From Paraspadella gotoi (taxonomy: Eukaryota; Animalia; Chaetognatha), in the NCBI GenBank assembly GCA_051294375.1, contig CM119266.1, positions 4,772,573-4,836,572 on the forward strand: a stretch of 64,000 bases of DNA. The letters run 5' to 3'. The notes under the pieces were generated by a model. It searched no databases and was not told where the DNA came from. It worked only from the letters and a program-made list of their open reading frames with translations. Of the stretch, positions 53,136 to 64,000 are shown in pieces (positions within the stretch are counted from its first letter, which is position 1; every line of letters begins with the position of its first letter). The position numbers and the translations under genes were made by a program.

Positions 53136-54236
53136 GTAAGTTAATACATCTGCGCCAAGATTGAGGAGTGAGTTAAGATTAGCGCCAAAGATTATAGGGT
53201 AATGTTTTGTAAAACCCTTAATTCTTTTACGTTTTATGAACAAATTGTATTTTCTACGTCGTGAATTCAATTAAACAAACAAAAGAAATTAATGACCCGA
53301 GAAAATGAAAACCGGGAGAGAGTCCTCTACTGGAAAGAAAGTCATCAAAACGACCAAACAAATGAACACAGGGTGTGGCAGATGTCGATGCTCTTTTTTT
53401 CCCACGATTCTCCCCTTCTCACCTTCTTTATGATGCGCAAACAGGGCGAATATTATGAGGCGCCATCTTTCATTTTATTCGCCGACTCGCGTCTGTTTTG
53501 CTTTATCACATTTTAGAATTGGATTATTTAGATTTTTATTTCACACGATTTGAGATTTATTCTCTTAGCGTCTTGGAGGTCGTTTTTAATGGGTTCGCTC
53601 TGTAAATCTACAGCGAGCTTTGTTTAGTTACTCGAAATATAATGTCTTATTGCCTTTACTCTTTAAGAACGGATTACGTAGTCGGATAGTTCTATGAAGG
53701 CTTTTTTTCTTTTCTATTGTAGGATGGAATATGTCTTGGGAATGCTATTTTCTTTGCTTTCTTTTCTTTTCTTGATGCTAGTTTCTTATCCTTTATTTCT
53801 GCTACTATCTTCTCTTTTCTTCTCTTCCTTCCCTTTTTCTTTTCTTTTCACTTTTCTGTTCAATTCCAAAATTCTTCTCCAAAATTTTCATTTCTTTTTC
53901 TCTTTTCAATAAGAAAATGAAAAAGACAAAAGGAACATCGACTCGGCGCCGTGAAGGAAAACCCATTGAGGGTATCAGCTGTGTTTGAACACGAGAAAAA
54001 GTCATGAGACAGAGAGAGATCGGAGAGAGGGAGTGCGTGAGAGAGAGGAAGAGCGAAAGAGAGCACTGAAAAGGGGGAGAGAGAGAGAGAGAGGGGAGAA
54101 TGGCACAAATAAAGAGAGCGAGAGAGAACAGGTCAGGGAAAGACGAGTGTGAGAGCGAGACAACGAGCAAGAGAGCGAGAGAGAATTTGGGGGGAAAATA
54201 AATTGAAACGAGGAAATTAGACGTGAGAAAGAAAAC

Positions 54237-54270
<34 letters not shown>

Positions 54271-54612
54271 AAACATCCGCCAGAGAAACAGACAGAACGT
54301 CCGCCAGGGGGTAACTGACGCGACGATTGTTGTCATCTCGCCAGAGGGGTTTCCCTCCGGTCTTGCCGCCTCGATCCATTGAGGCCACTAAAAAACAAAA
54401 GGGAAACACGAGAGGAGAAACCCCAGAGAGAGAGAACGGACCGTTGGCCTTTCTAATTACCATATTCTGTCTCTGTCTCTCTCTCTCTCTCTTGCGTGTC
54501 TCTCTCTCTCTCCCTCCTTTCTCCCATTTCGGCCTTAACACCCTCGCTTAAGCAAATATTCTTAGCCGTCTTTTATTCCTCTGCCAATGGCGCGGAGAAA
54601 TTCATTAGATTG

Positions 54613-54643
<31 letters not shown>

Positions 54644-54648
54644 AATCA

Positions 54649-54692
<44 letters not shown>

Positions 54693-55424
54693 AAAAAAAA
54701 TGAGGATGGAAAAAGAGAGAAAATGAAATGTAATTTTTGAGTGCGAAAAGATGAGCGGTCGTGCGGGGAAGATGGAAGTAGGGGGGGCGCTTATTAAAGG
54801 GAATGGATTATGTAGAGGGCGCTCGTGTGAGAAATATATTAGCAGAGGCTCGATTGGCAGTGCGCTTTTATGTGGAAAGAAGAAAATGACCACTTCAAAA
54901 AGGGACATGGAATCTGGAAACCATGTGTCCATGCTATCGAGAAAGCAAAGACGGGAAGAGCGCCTAAATATGGTTTGGGATAATCGAGAAGAATTTAAAT
55001 CTAAAATGGTTTTATTAAAAATCCGGAATAAATACATTAGGTGTAGATTCATTTTGGAAAGGGAATTTTAGGGTGCTATTTTCAAAAGCGGATTATTTTC
55101 GTTCTTTAATCGCCTAAAATTTAATTTTAAAGTTAATATCAAGCATTATCATTTCACCAAATCTTTAACTTAATCCCTTACCCAAGTCTTAACCATCTTA
55201 ATCCCGTTAAACTTAAAAAACTTATTTAATTTTGAATTCAAAACCTGAAATTGAGGCGCTTTTGGAAAATATGGCCAATTTTAGTCTCGCACCACAAAAA
55301 AAAAAAGGGGGGCAGACTTTACTTCCAACTCAATTACAGATAATCAACTCGTTAAAAACGACCGCCATTTTTCTTTCCCCGCTTCACCCCCCCTGGACCC
55401 CCCCACCTTTCCGTTCTCTTTCAG

Positions 55425-55588
55425 ACCGCGTGGCCAATCAACTGGTCAAAACGACTCCACCTCTCTGGGGACACCAATCTTCCTCTTCCTTACCCCGGAA
55501 CGGAAGGAGCTTACATCGGACCAACATTGGTCCACCGTCGTTTTAACCTTATCTGTTCTGGGCACGCTGGTCACACTCGTCTTTTTGG
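55425..55588 (+). CDS. TM1 exon of the class C GPCR in inverted orientation (164 nt; three 1-nt indels relative to the 165-nt copy at 62097..62261)
   Basis: ttcag|...TTTTTGG|gtaagt. Encodes QHWSTVVLTLSVLGTLVTLVFL, which joins in phase 1 to the exon starting at 39461 (VHVSIKALS). Confidence 0.7.
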
Positions 55589-55637
55589 GTAAGTAATGGG
55601 AGAAAGGATTTTTTTTTTTGGAAGGAGAGAGGGAGAA

Positions 55638-55675
<38 letters not shown>

Positions 55676-56280
55676 GATTACGTTTTTAGGGGAGAGAGGA
55701 CGAGAGAGAAGGGATGAGAGAGGGAAAATATGAAGGAGGGGAAGAAAAGGCAGGTATTAAAAGGAATAGGAAAAGGGAGGTATTAAAGGGAAATAGGAGA
55801 AAGGGAGGAATTGAAGGGAGATAGGAAAAGAGAGGAATTGAGAGGAATAGGAGAAAAGGGAGGTATTAGAGAGGGAGATAGGACAAGAGAGGAATTGAGA
55901 GGAGAGAGAGGAAAAGGAGGGTATTAAGAGGGAGATAGGAAAAGGGAGAATTGAGAGGGAGATAGGAAAAGGGAGGTATTAGAGGGAAATAGGAAAGGGA
56001 GGATGAGAGGGAGATAGAAAAGGAGGTATAGAGGTAAGTAGGAAAAGAGAGAATGGGGAAAGGAATGTAATAGAGAATAAGAGAGAAATATGAAGAGGGA
56101 AAAGAGAGTCGGCAGAGATAGGAAAAACACTTGTCTTAATGGAAGGAGAAAAGAAATGAATGGACTAGTTTTCTTTGAGCTGCAAATAACGAGCAAAGAA
56201 GAAGAACTAAACGGTGTCTATCTCTCTCTCTCCCTCCTCTCTTTCACTTTCTCTCTCTCTCTATCTCTCTTTCACTCTTC

Positions 56281-56305
56281 NNNNNNNNNNNNNNNNNNNN
56301 NNNNN
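56281..56305. other. Assembly gap of 25 N (others: 61876-61900 and 62282-62306, 25 N each; 17207-17216, 10 N)
   Basis: N runs seen directly. Confidence 1.
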
Positions 56306-56472
56306 TTTTCTCCTTCCATTAAGACAAGTGTTTTTCCTATCTCTGCCGACTTCTCTTTTTCCCTCTTCATATTTCTCTCTTATTCTCTATTACATTCTTT
56401 CCCCATTCTTCTCTTTTCCTATTTCCCTCTTAATACCTCCCTTTTCCTATCTAATAAAAAAAAGAGAGAGAT

Positions 56473-57200
56473 CTTCTAATCTTGTATCAATAAATCGATA
56501 CACATTGAAAACAGCTCTGGATGAATTGATTTTAATTTCGTAAAGATTTCGTGATTTTAATCCATATCGATCCATCCTATCACAAGGAATTCCCTCACCT
56601 CTCTAACTCACCAGCGTAAAAAGCGACGAGCCACGCGATCCACAGCGCCGCGGCGATACAGAAAGTCGCCAGCAGCCGCCGCGCTTCCTCCTGCAGCAGC
56701 CGCAGGCGTCGCCGAGGGACGACGAGCCTCTCGGGCCGCGGGACCGAGTGAGGCTGGCGGCGTTGGAGGTGGGGTGTCCGGCGGGGGTGTCGGCGACGAG
56801 GTGGTTGGGTGTGTTGAGGGTAGAAAGACTCGGTTCGAGGAGAGAGAAACCGCCCGTCTTTTCGTAGATTCGCCAGGCGTCGGTGCAAGGAAGGGTGGCT
56901 GTGATTAAGAGGCCTGGAGATATGGAAAGATTTAATTTATTTATTTGTTTATTTAAATTGTAAGCAATTAATTTCGCAACTTCGTTGTATTAACCTTAAC
57001 CATACTCGAGGATACTTTCGAATTTGATTAGTTTCATTAAAAAAACATTTCATGATACTATTTTCCGCATCAAATCCAACCCAAAAAAACTCCATTTATA
57101 TTTTATTGTAATAAAAATGGTTTTTTGTCGCTTTTTGAAGAAAAAAAGGCCTCACAGGAGGAAATTGAGACCCCATATTATGGAGCGTTTTACTTCCTGA

Positions 57201-57255
<55 letters not shown>

Positions 57256-57636
57256 TTCCACGATTCTTTCCCTCTTAGAATTGAAAATTCCATCGTTGAG
57301 TGACTCTTGTTGACTCTTGAAATCCGGGCGGAATTTTTACCTCTGAAAAACCACTTTTATTCAACCTTAAATCCCTCCATAAAAGTGACTCTCTCTCTGT
57401 CTTTCTCTCTTTCTCTCTCGCTCCCAAGCGTCCACTTTATTGCCTTCCGCGAGGGAAACCACTCAATAAACTAAGAGATTCTTTTTTCTCTCTTTTCGCC
57501 TTAAAAAAAAAAGAACTCGTTTACACTAACGGTTATTAGTCTCTGCGATTAAAAAAGAGAGAAGGGAAAAAGCTTTGGAGGTTGTCAGCCTCGTTAAAAA
57601 AGAGCTAAAAAAATCTTTCTTTTTTTAGAGCTCTTT

Positions 57637-57674
<38 letters not shown>

Positions 57675-58948
57675 CTTTTCTCGGTAAATGACTCTCACTC
57701 TTGAAAAAAAAGCGTAAACAGTTGGCGGAAAAGTCTTAGCTAGGGATTTTACGAAGGCGAGACGATGGCTCTCTCTCACTCTCAACTTTTCCATCTCCCT
57801 CTCTCTCTCCCTCACTTCCTCCCTCCCAATCTTTAAAGTTTTCTCAGCCACTTTCCTTACGATTTCTTTAAGAAAAACTAAATTAGGGATAGAGACGTCG
57901 AAAAAGGACGTCTAATTAAGATTTCAAAAGAGTTAAAAACTTTGGTGAGGAAGTTCTGAGTTCTAGTTCTCACAAAAAACAGATGACAGACTAACAGTAA
58001 ATGTGACTGACAATGTTGACATAATTTGTTTTTGGTTGAAGAATGCTCTCTCTCTCTTTCTTTCTCTCCTCTCACCCAAAACTAAGAGAACCATGACGTA
58101 AACGAACGAGGCGACGAATTCCGTCTTCCCGATGTCGCAGACGTTGACGACCAGTTGGTGGTGCTGCTCTCCGCCGCTCCGTCCGCGCCCTCGCCCTCCA
58201 GCGTCGAATTCTGCAGGTGGCACTCTGTACCGGAGCAGCGGCCGCGGCGTCTGAATCCACTGCTGCAGATCGAGGGCGAGCTGCAGGGCGACGATGAAGG
58301 ACAGCAGCAGCCAGTGGAGGCAGGAGAGGGGCACGTGGGTAGGATGGCGTCTGGAAAGAGAGGGGTAGGGTAGGGGGTGGGGTAAGTCAGGATTACAGGA
58401 GTTTAAGTGAATATATAGAGATATACTACGAATTATTAAATATAATAATTGATCTTATTTATTAATAAATAAGCCAAGACATAGGGGATTAATTTACTGG
58501 TTTTAAAGTTTGTGGGGATTGTGAAATATAACTATTTTGTAAGAACGAGTTCTTTAGAAATTATAGCCAGTCCAGTGTTCAAATTCGGAATAATTCCTAT
58601 ATTGGTTGTATCAAATTTTATAATTTACATCCAACACTAAAAATTCTATCAGATAAATGTAGTATGGTGATTGGTTAAACTAGTGATCTTGTAAAGAAAA
58701 AAAAGGTTGAGCGGAAATCTTATCGGGTCATAAAACCTTATTGGGTCAGGCTGTGAAAAAGGGAAGTTAAAGGTGAAGGGATCTTAGAAGTGAAGGTTGA
58801 TCGGTGGTTGGCAGAATGTGAGGAGGGAAGAGTGTGAAGTAAGTAAGAAGTGAGAAGATGTTGTGAACGAGAAATAAAATGAAATCGGACGCGCACGAGT
58901 TGAGATGGAAAAGGAAAATGGAGATTTAAAAAGAGAAAAACGGACTTG

Positions 58949-58986
<38 letters not shown>

Positions 58987-61900
58987 CACCCAGCGGAAGG
59001 GACAGAGTACATTTGAAGTGGAGGGGGCGTGGAAGATAATCCCGTCGGTTTTGAATTCTCAATTTTTAGAGACGAAGGAAAGTTATTTCTTTTTCTTTTT
59101 TTTTTACATAAAAAAAATTCTTCTGTATCGGGATCTGAATGTGGAGGAAGAAAAAAAAATTGTGGTTGGAAGGAAATTGGAACAGAATCCATTCCATTCT
59201 TTTTTCTTCCTCTCGCTCTCTATTTTCTTTTCTTTATTTCTTTTTTTATCCCGCGTTTCCTTATGCCTATTCTTATCTCCCTATTTATATTCTATTCTAT
59301 TTTATTTTATTCTATTCTTATCTCACTATTTCTACTTTCCTTCCACCGATACAGTATCTTAATCGCTTCTACAACCACGCCCCCATGCAAACGCCCACAC
59401 ATCTACCACGCCCCCACACAATACGCCCACACATCAACTACGCCCACACAAAAGCCCACACGTCAACCACGATCCCTCTCATCGGGCTTCACTTTCCTCC
59501 CTCCACACCCCGCCGCAGTCCCCGTGTCCTGAGGCAGTTAAACTTACTGGGTGAGTTATTTCGATTCCAAATGGGTTTTATTTCTCGCGTTATCATCGCG
59601 AATTTTCCAGAGTAAAATTTCTTTCTCGGACCCGAAAAGATAAAAACCTCCAACGGCCAAAAAAAAAGAGGAGGGGGGAAGTTGCTTAAAGATGGCGGCG
59701 TGGAGGGGGGGTTAGAGGTTAAAGGGTCTTTCATGGGAGGTAATGTCTGGGGCGACCCAGGGGGCAGGGGGGCAAAGCCGCGGGGGTTGAGGGTTACCCT
59801 CTAGAAACGCGCGCGTGCCGATTTCTCTGCGAGAGAGAGAGATTGAAAACGTCTCTCTCTCTCTCTCCTTCCTCTCTCTCTCTCTCTCTCTCTCTCTCCG
59901 CGTTTGGTTTTGTCTCTGCGAGGTTTTTAATCTTTTTCCCTTTTCTATTTCCAGGGAAAAGTTGTTCCACAGACGGAAACTCGGGAATGAGAGAAAGTAA
60001 GTTTGGAAAGAAGGTTTTCCTCAGAAAGAGAGAGAGAGAGAGAAGAGAAAAGAAAACGAATTCTGCTTGGAGTTTTAGAGGAGAGAGCGAAATCGCGTAA
60101 CTAATTTTAAGCGATGAAACTCGTTACGATGGATTGAAAATATGATTTCGGAGATCGTGATGAATGAGATCTGTGAGCGGGAGTGATTATTGGATTTTTT
60201 TCTCACACATTGGAAAATTCAGCGGAGTAATTATAAAATAAAATTGGGAATAATTACTATTTTATTTTGGTCATAATATCATAGGTTGAAAAAGTCAAAT
60301 CTTCCCTCTGCTTCTGGGTATTTGGAGTATTAAAACAAATTAGGTAATTTGGAATATCTTATATTTTAATTATTAAACCTAAAGATTAATTTAAAGTCAA
60401 CAAAAGATCATATAAAGCGAAATAAGAAAGTGCATGAAAGAAAAAAAAACACGAATATAAACAAACAGAAATAAATAACAAAAAAACAAACTAGCAAATG
60501 ATAACATTTGAAACAAACAAGAAAAACAAAACAAAACCAAACCTTACCCTCAACATTCTCAATCGTACTTACCTTCATCCAATTCGCCGACGTCTTCGTA
60601 TCCACCACCACTCCTACCACTTCCGCCTCCACCACCGACGCGCCACTCCACCCTCTCCCCCGCAGCCTTCAGCCGCGTCCGCAGCGCAGCGGCGCGGACG
60701 AGGCAGCGTCCCGAAGCAAAGAGCGTACGGAACGCTGGGCGCCATCATGCGGAGCCCGCAGCCGCCGCCCGACGCGGCGAAGCAGTAAGGGAGAGGCGAG
60801 GCGAAGAGGAAGAGGGCGGCGGCGAGGGTGGCGCCCGACACTGAGCGGGCGGGCGGGCCCGATCCGGAGAGGGCCTTGATGGAAACGTGTACTGGGGAGG
60901 GTGGGGCGAAATGTGGTCAGTTTAGCGGTTGGTAAATAAGGAGGGAGACTCTCTTCAGTAGGGCTGGGCTTTGGGGTTGCGGCAAAAGCGGGCCATATGG
61001 GGTTGGGGCCTTGCGGCGGGCGGGGGAGGGCGGCCTTTCAAGGTCAAAAGGTCAAAGAAGATCAAGAGAAAAGAAATTTTTTTTTGTTGCAGAAAAAAAA
61101 ATGAGATTAAAGGCGAAAATCACGTCGGTCATTGGAGGATGAAAAAATGCAATAGGGTCTCTCTCTTCTCTCCTCTCGCTCCATTCAACGCCGCCCAGTC
61201 GGAAATGGCGCCATGTTTAATATGTACTTTTTTTTTCGTGAAAGAGGGGGGGACCGGCGCTTTGGGGGTATAGAAGGGGGACCGGATACCCGGTTGGGGG
61301 GGGGGCGGGGGAGAGGATTCCGGGCTCCTTTAGATTCATGGAAAGAGGTCGTCTTAGTTTAAAAAAAAAGAGGAAAAAAAATGTGACTGAGATTCAATGA
61401 AAGAGAAGTTTTTTTTTCACCAATTATCGACTTATTTTTTTTCCTCTCTTGGAATATTGTACTGAAGAGTGAAAGAGAGATAGAGAGAGAGAGAAAGTGA
61501 AAGAGAGAGGAGAGAGAGAGATAGACACCGGTTTAGTTCTTCTTTTTGCTCGTTATTTGCAGCTCAAAGAAACTAGTCCATTCATTTCTTTTCTCCTTCC
61601 ATTAAGACAAGTGTTTTTCCTATCTCTGCCGACTCTCTTTTTCCCTCTTCATATTTCTCTCTTATTCTCTATTACATTCTTTCCCCATTCTTCTCTTTTC
61701 CCTACTTCCCTCTATACCTCCTTTTCTATCTCCCTCTCAATTCCTCCCTTTTCCTATTTCCCTCTTAATACCTCCCTTTTCCTATCTCCCTCTCAATTCT
61801 CCCTTTTCCTATCTCCCTCTTAATACCTCCTTTTCCTCTCTCCCTCTCAATTCCTCTCTTTTCCTATCTCCCTCCNNNNNNNNNNNNNNNNNNNNNNNNN

Positions 61901-62281
61901 TAATACCTCCCTTTTCCTATTTCCCTTTTAATACCTGCCTTTTCTTCCCCTCCTTCATATTTTCCCTCTCTCATCCCTTCTCTCTCGTCTCTCTCCCCTA
62001 AAAACGTAATCGATTTTCTCTCTCTCTCTCTCCCTCTCTCTCTCTTTCCCTCTCTCTCTCTCCTTCCAAAAAAAAATCCTTTCTCCCATTACTTACCCAA
62101 AAAGACGAGTGTGACCAGCGTGCCCAGAACAGATAAGGTTAAAACGACGGTGGACCAATGTTGGTCGATGTAAGCTCCTTCCGTTCCGGGGTAAAGGAAG
62201 AGGTAAGATTGGTGTCCCCAGAGAGGTGGAGTCGTTTTGACCAGTTGATTGGCCACGCGGTCTGAAAGAGAACGGAAAGGT
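56473..62281 (-). pseudogene. Second copy of the GPCR region (= 35006..40039 followed by reverse complement of ~55405..56280); TM1 exon 62097..62261 intact, exons 60573..60891, 58076..58350 and 56612..56913 carry indels; probably an assembly artefact or haplotype read
   Basis: Near-identical to copy 1, including introns. Differences are mostly 1-nt indels. 25-N gaps lie just upstream, inside and downstream. Confidence 0.7.
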
Positions 62282-62326
62282 NNNNNNNNNNNNNNNNNNN
62301 NNNNNNAATAAAAAAAAGAGAGAGAT

Positions 62327-63053
62327 CTTCTAATCTTGTATCAATAAATCGATACACATTTGAAAACAGCTCTGGATGAATTGATTTTAATTTCGTAAAG
62401 ATTTCGTGATTTTATCCATATCGATCCATCCTATCACAAGGGGAATTCCCTCACCTCCTTCTAACTCACCAGCGTAAAAAGCGACGAGCCACGCGATCCA
62501 CAGCGCCGCGGCGATACAGAAAGTCGCCAGCAGCCGCCGCGCTTCCTCCTGCAGCAGCCGCAGGCGTCGCCGAGGGACGACGAGCCTCTCGGGCCGCGGG
62601 ACCGAGTGAGGCTGGCGGCGTTGGAGGTGGGGTGTCCGGCGGGGTGTCCGGAGACGAGGTGGTTGGGTGTGTTGAGGGTAGAAAGACTCGTTCGAGGAGA
62701 GAGAAACCGCCCGTCTTTCGTAGATTCGCCAGGCGTCGGTGCAAGGAAGGGTGGCTGTGATTAAGAGGCCTGGAGATATGGAAAGATTTAATTTATTTAT
62801 TTGTTTATTTAAATTGCTAAGCAATTAATTTCGCAACTTCGTTGTATTAACCTAAACCATACTAGAGGATACTTGTGAATTTGATTAGTTTCATTAAAAA
62901 AACATTTCATGATACTATTTTCCGCATCAATCCAACCAAAAAACTCCATTTATATTTATTGTAATAAAAATGGTTTTTTGTCGCTTTTTGAAGAAAAAAA
63001 GGCCTCACAGGAGGAAATTGAGACCCCATATTATGGAGCGTTTTACTTCCTGA

Positions 63054-63098
<45 letters not shown>

Positions 63099-64000
63099 TT
63101 GGTTCCACGATTCTTTCCCTCTTAGAATTGAAAATTCCATCGTTTGAGTGACTCTTGTTGACTCTTGAAATCCGGGCGGAATTTTTACCTCTGAAAAACA
63201 CTTTTATTCAACCTTAAATCCTCATAAAAAGTGACTCTCTCTCTGTCTTTTCTCTCTTTCTCTCTCGCTCCCAAGCGTCCACTTTATTGCCTTCCGCGAG
63301 GGAAACCACTCAATAAACTAAGAGATTCTTTTTTCTCTCTTTTCGCCTTAAAAAAAAAAGAACTCGTTTACACTAACGGTTATTAGTCTCTGCGATTAAA
63401 AAAGAGAGAAGGGAAAAAAGCTTTGGAGGTTGTCAGCCTCGTTAAAAAAGAGCTAAAAAAATCTTTCTTTTTTTAGAGCTCTTTCTCTCTCTCTCTCCCT
63501 CTTCTCCTCTCTCTCTCTCTCTCTCCTTTTCTCGGTAAATGACTCTCACTCTTGAAAAAAAAGCGTAAACAGTTGGCGGAAAAGGTCTTAGCTAGGGATT
63601 TTACGAAGAGCGAGACGATGGCTCTCTCTTCACTCTCAACTTTTCCATCTCCCTCTCTCTCTCCCTCACTTCCTCCCTCCCAATCTTTAAAGTTTTCTCA
63701 GCCACTTTCCTTACGATTCTTTAAGAAAAACTAAATTAGGGATAGAGACGTCGAAAGAAGGACGTCTAATTAAAGATTTCAAAAAGAGTTAAAAAACTTT
63801 GGTGAGGAAGTTCTGAGTTCTAGTTCTCACAAAAAAACAGATGACAGACTAACAGTAAATGTGACTGACAATGTTGACATTAATTTGTTTTTGGTTGAAG
63901 AATGCTCTCTCTCTCTTTCTTTCTCTCCTCTCACCCAAAACTAAGAGAACCATGACGTAAACGAACGAGGCGACGAATTCCGTCTTCCCGATGTCGCAGA
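62327..64000 (-). pseudogene. Third, truncated copy of the GPCR region (= 35006..~36670), frameshifted; probably an assembly artefact
   Basis: Same start point and same 5' flank (aataaaaaaaagagagagat) as copy 2, many 1-nt indels, follows a 25-N gap. Confidence 0.7.

Noticed and set aside
56473-64000. Genuine tandem GPCR gene family or pseudogene cluster
   Set aside because: Identical start points, indel-dominated differences, N gaps and an adapter-like flank favour artefact; not fully excluded.

Overview
Intron-rich eukaryotic (almost certainly metazoan) genomic DNA: GC/CpG-rich exons sit in AT-rich introns full of (AG)n/(CT)n microsatellites, so most ORFs in the six-frame track are spurious. 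Reading GT-AG junctions by hand gives four genes. (1) A complete 5-exon CNNM Mg2+ transporter (minus, 722-4266). (2) A complete 8-exon 2OG-Fe(II) dioxygenase (minus, 5394-7310). (3) The 5' part of a Piezo channel gene (plus, from 10651), which enters very long introns and does not finish in the window. (4) A class C-type 7TM receptor with no visible Venus-flytrap domain, lying antisense to and apparently nested in Piezo (minus, 28974-39461). The receptor's TM1 exon and candidate 5' exons are on the opposite strand in a ~16-kb block (40040-56280) that is inverted relative to the colinear junction seen at 61463/61464. The last ~7.7 kb are two indel-ridden repeats of the receptor region, bounded by 25-N gaps and each preceded by a PacBio-adapter-like 13-mer, so they are probably assembly artefacts. 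Also present: MITE-like and Helentron/HINE-like repeats, a tRNA-derived SINE-like head, a minimal hammerhead-ribozyme-like motif, a 78-bp palindrome and minisatellites abutting splice sites. All gene models are manual; no database searches were run.
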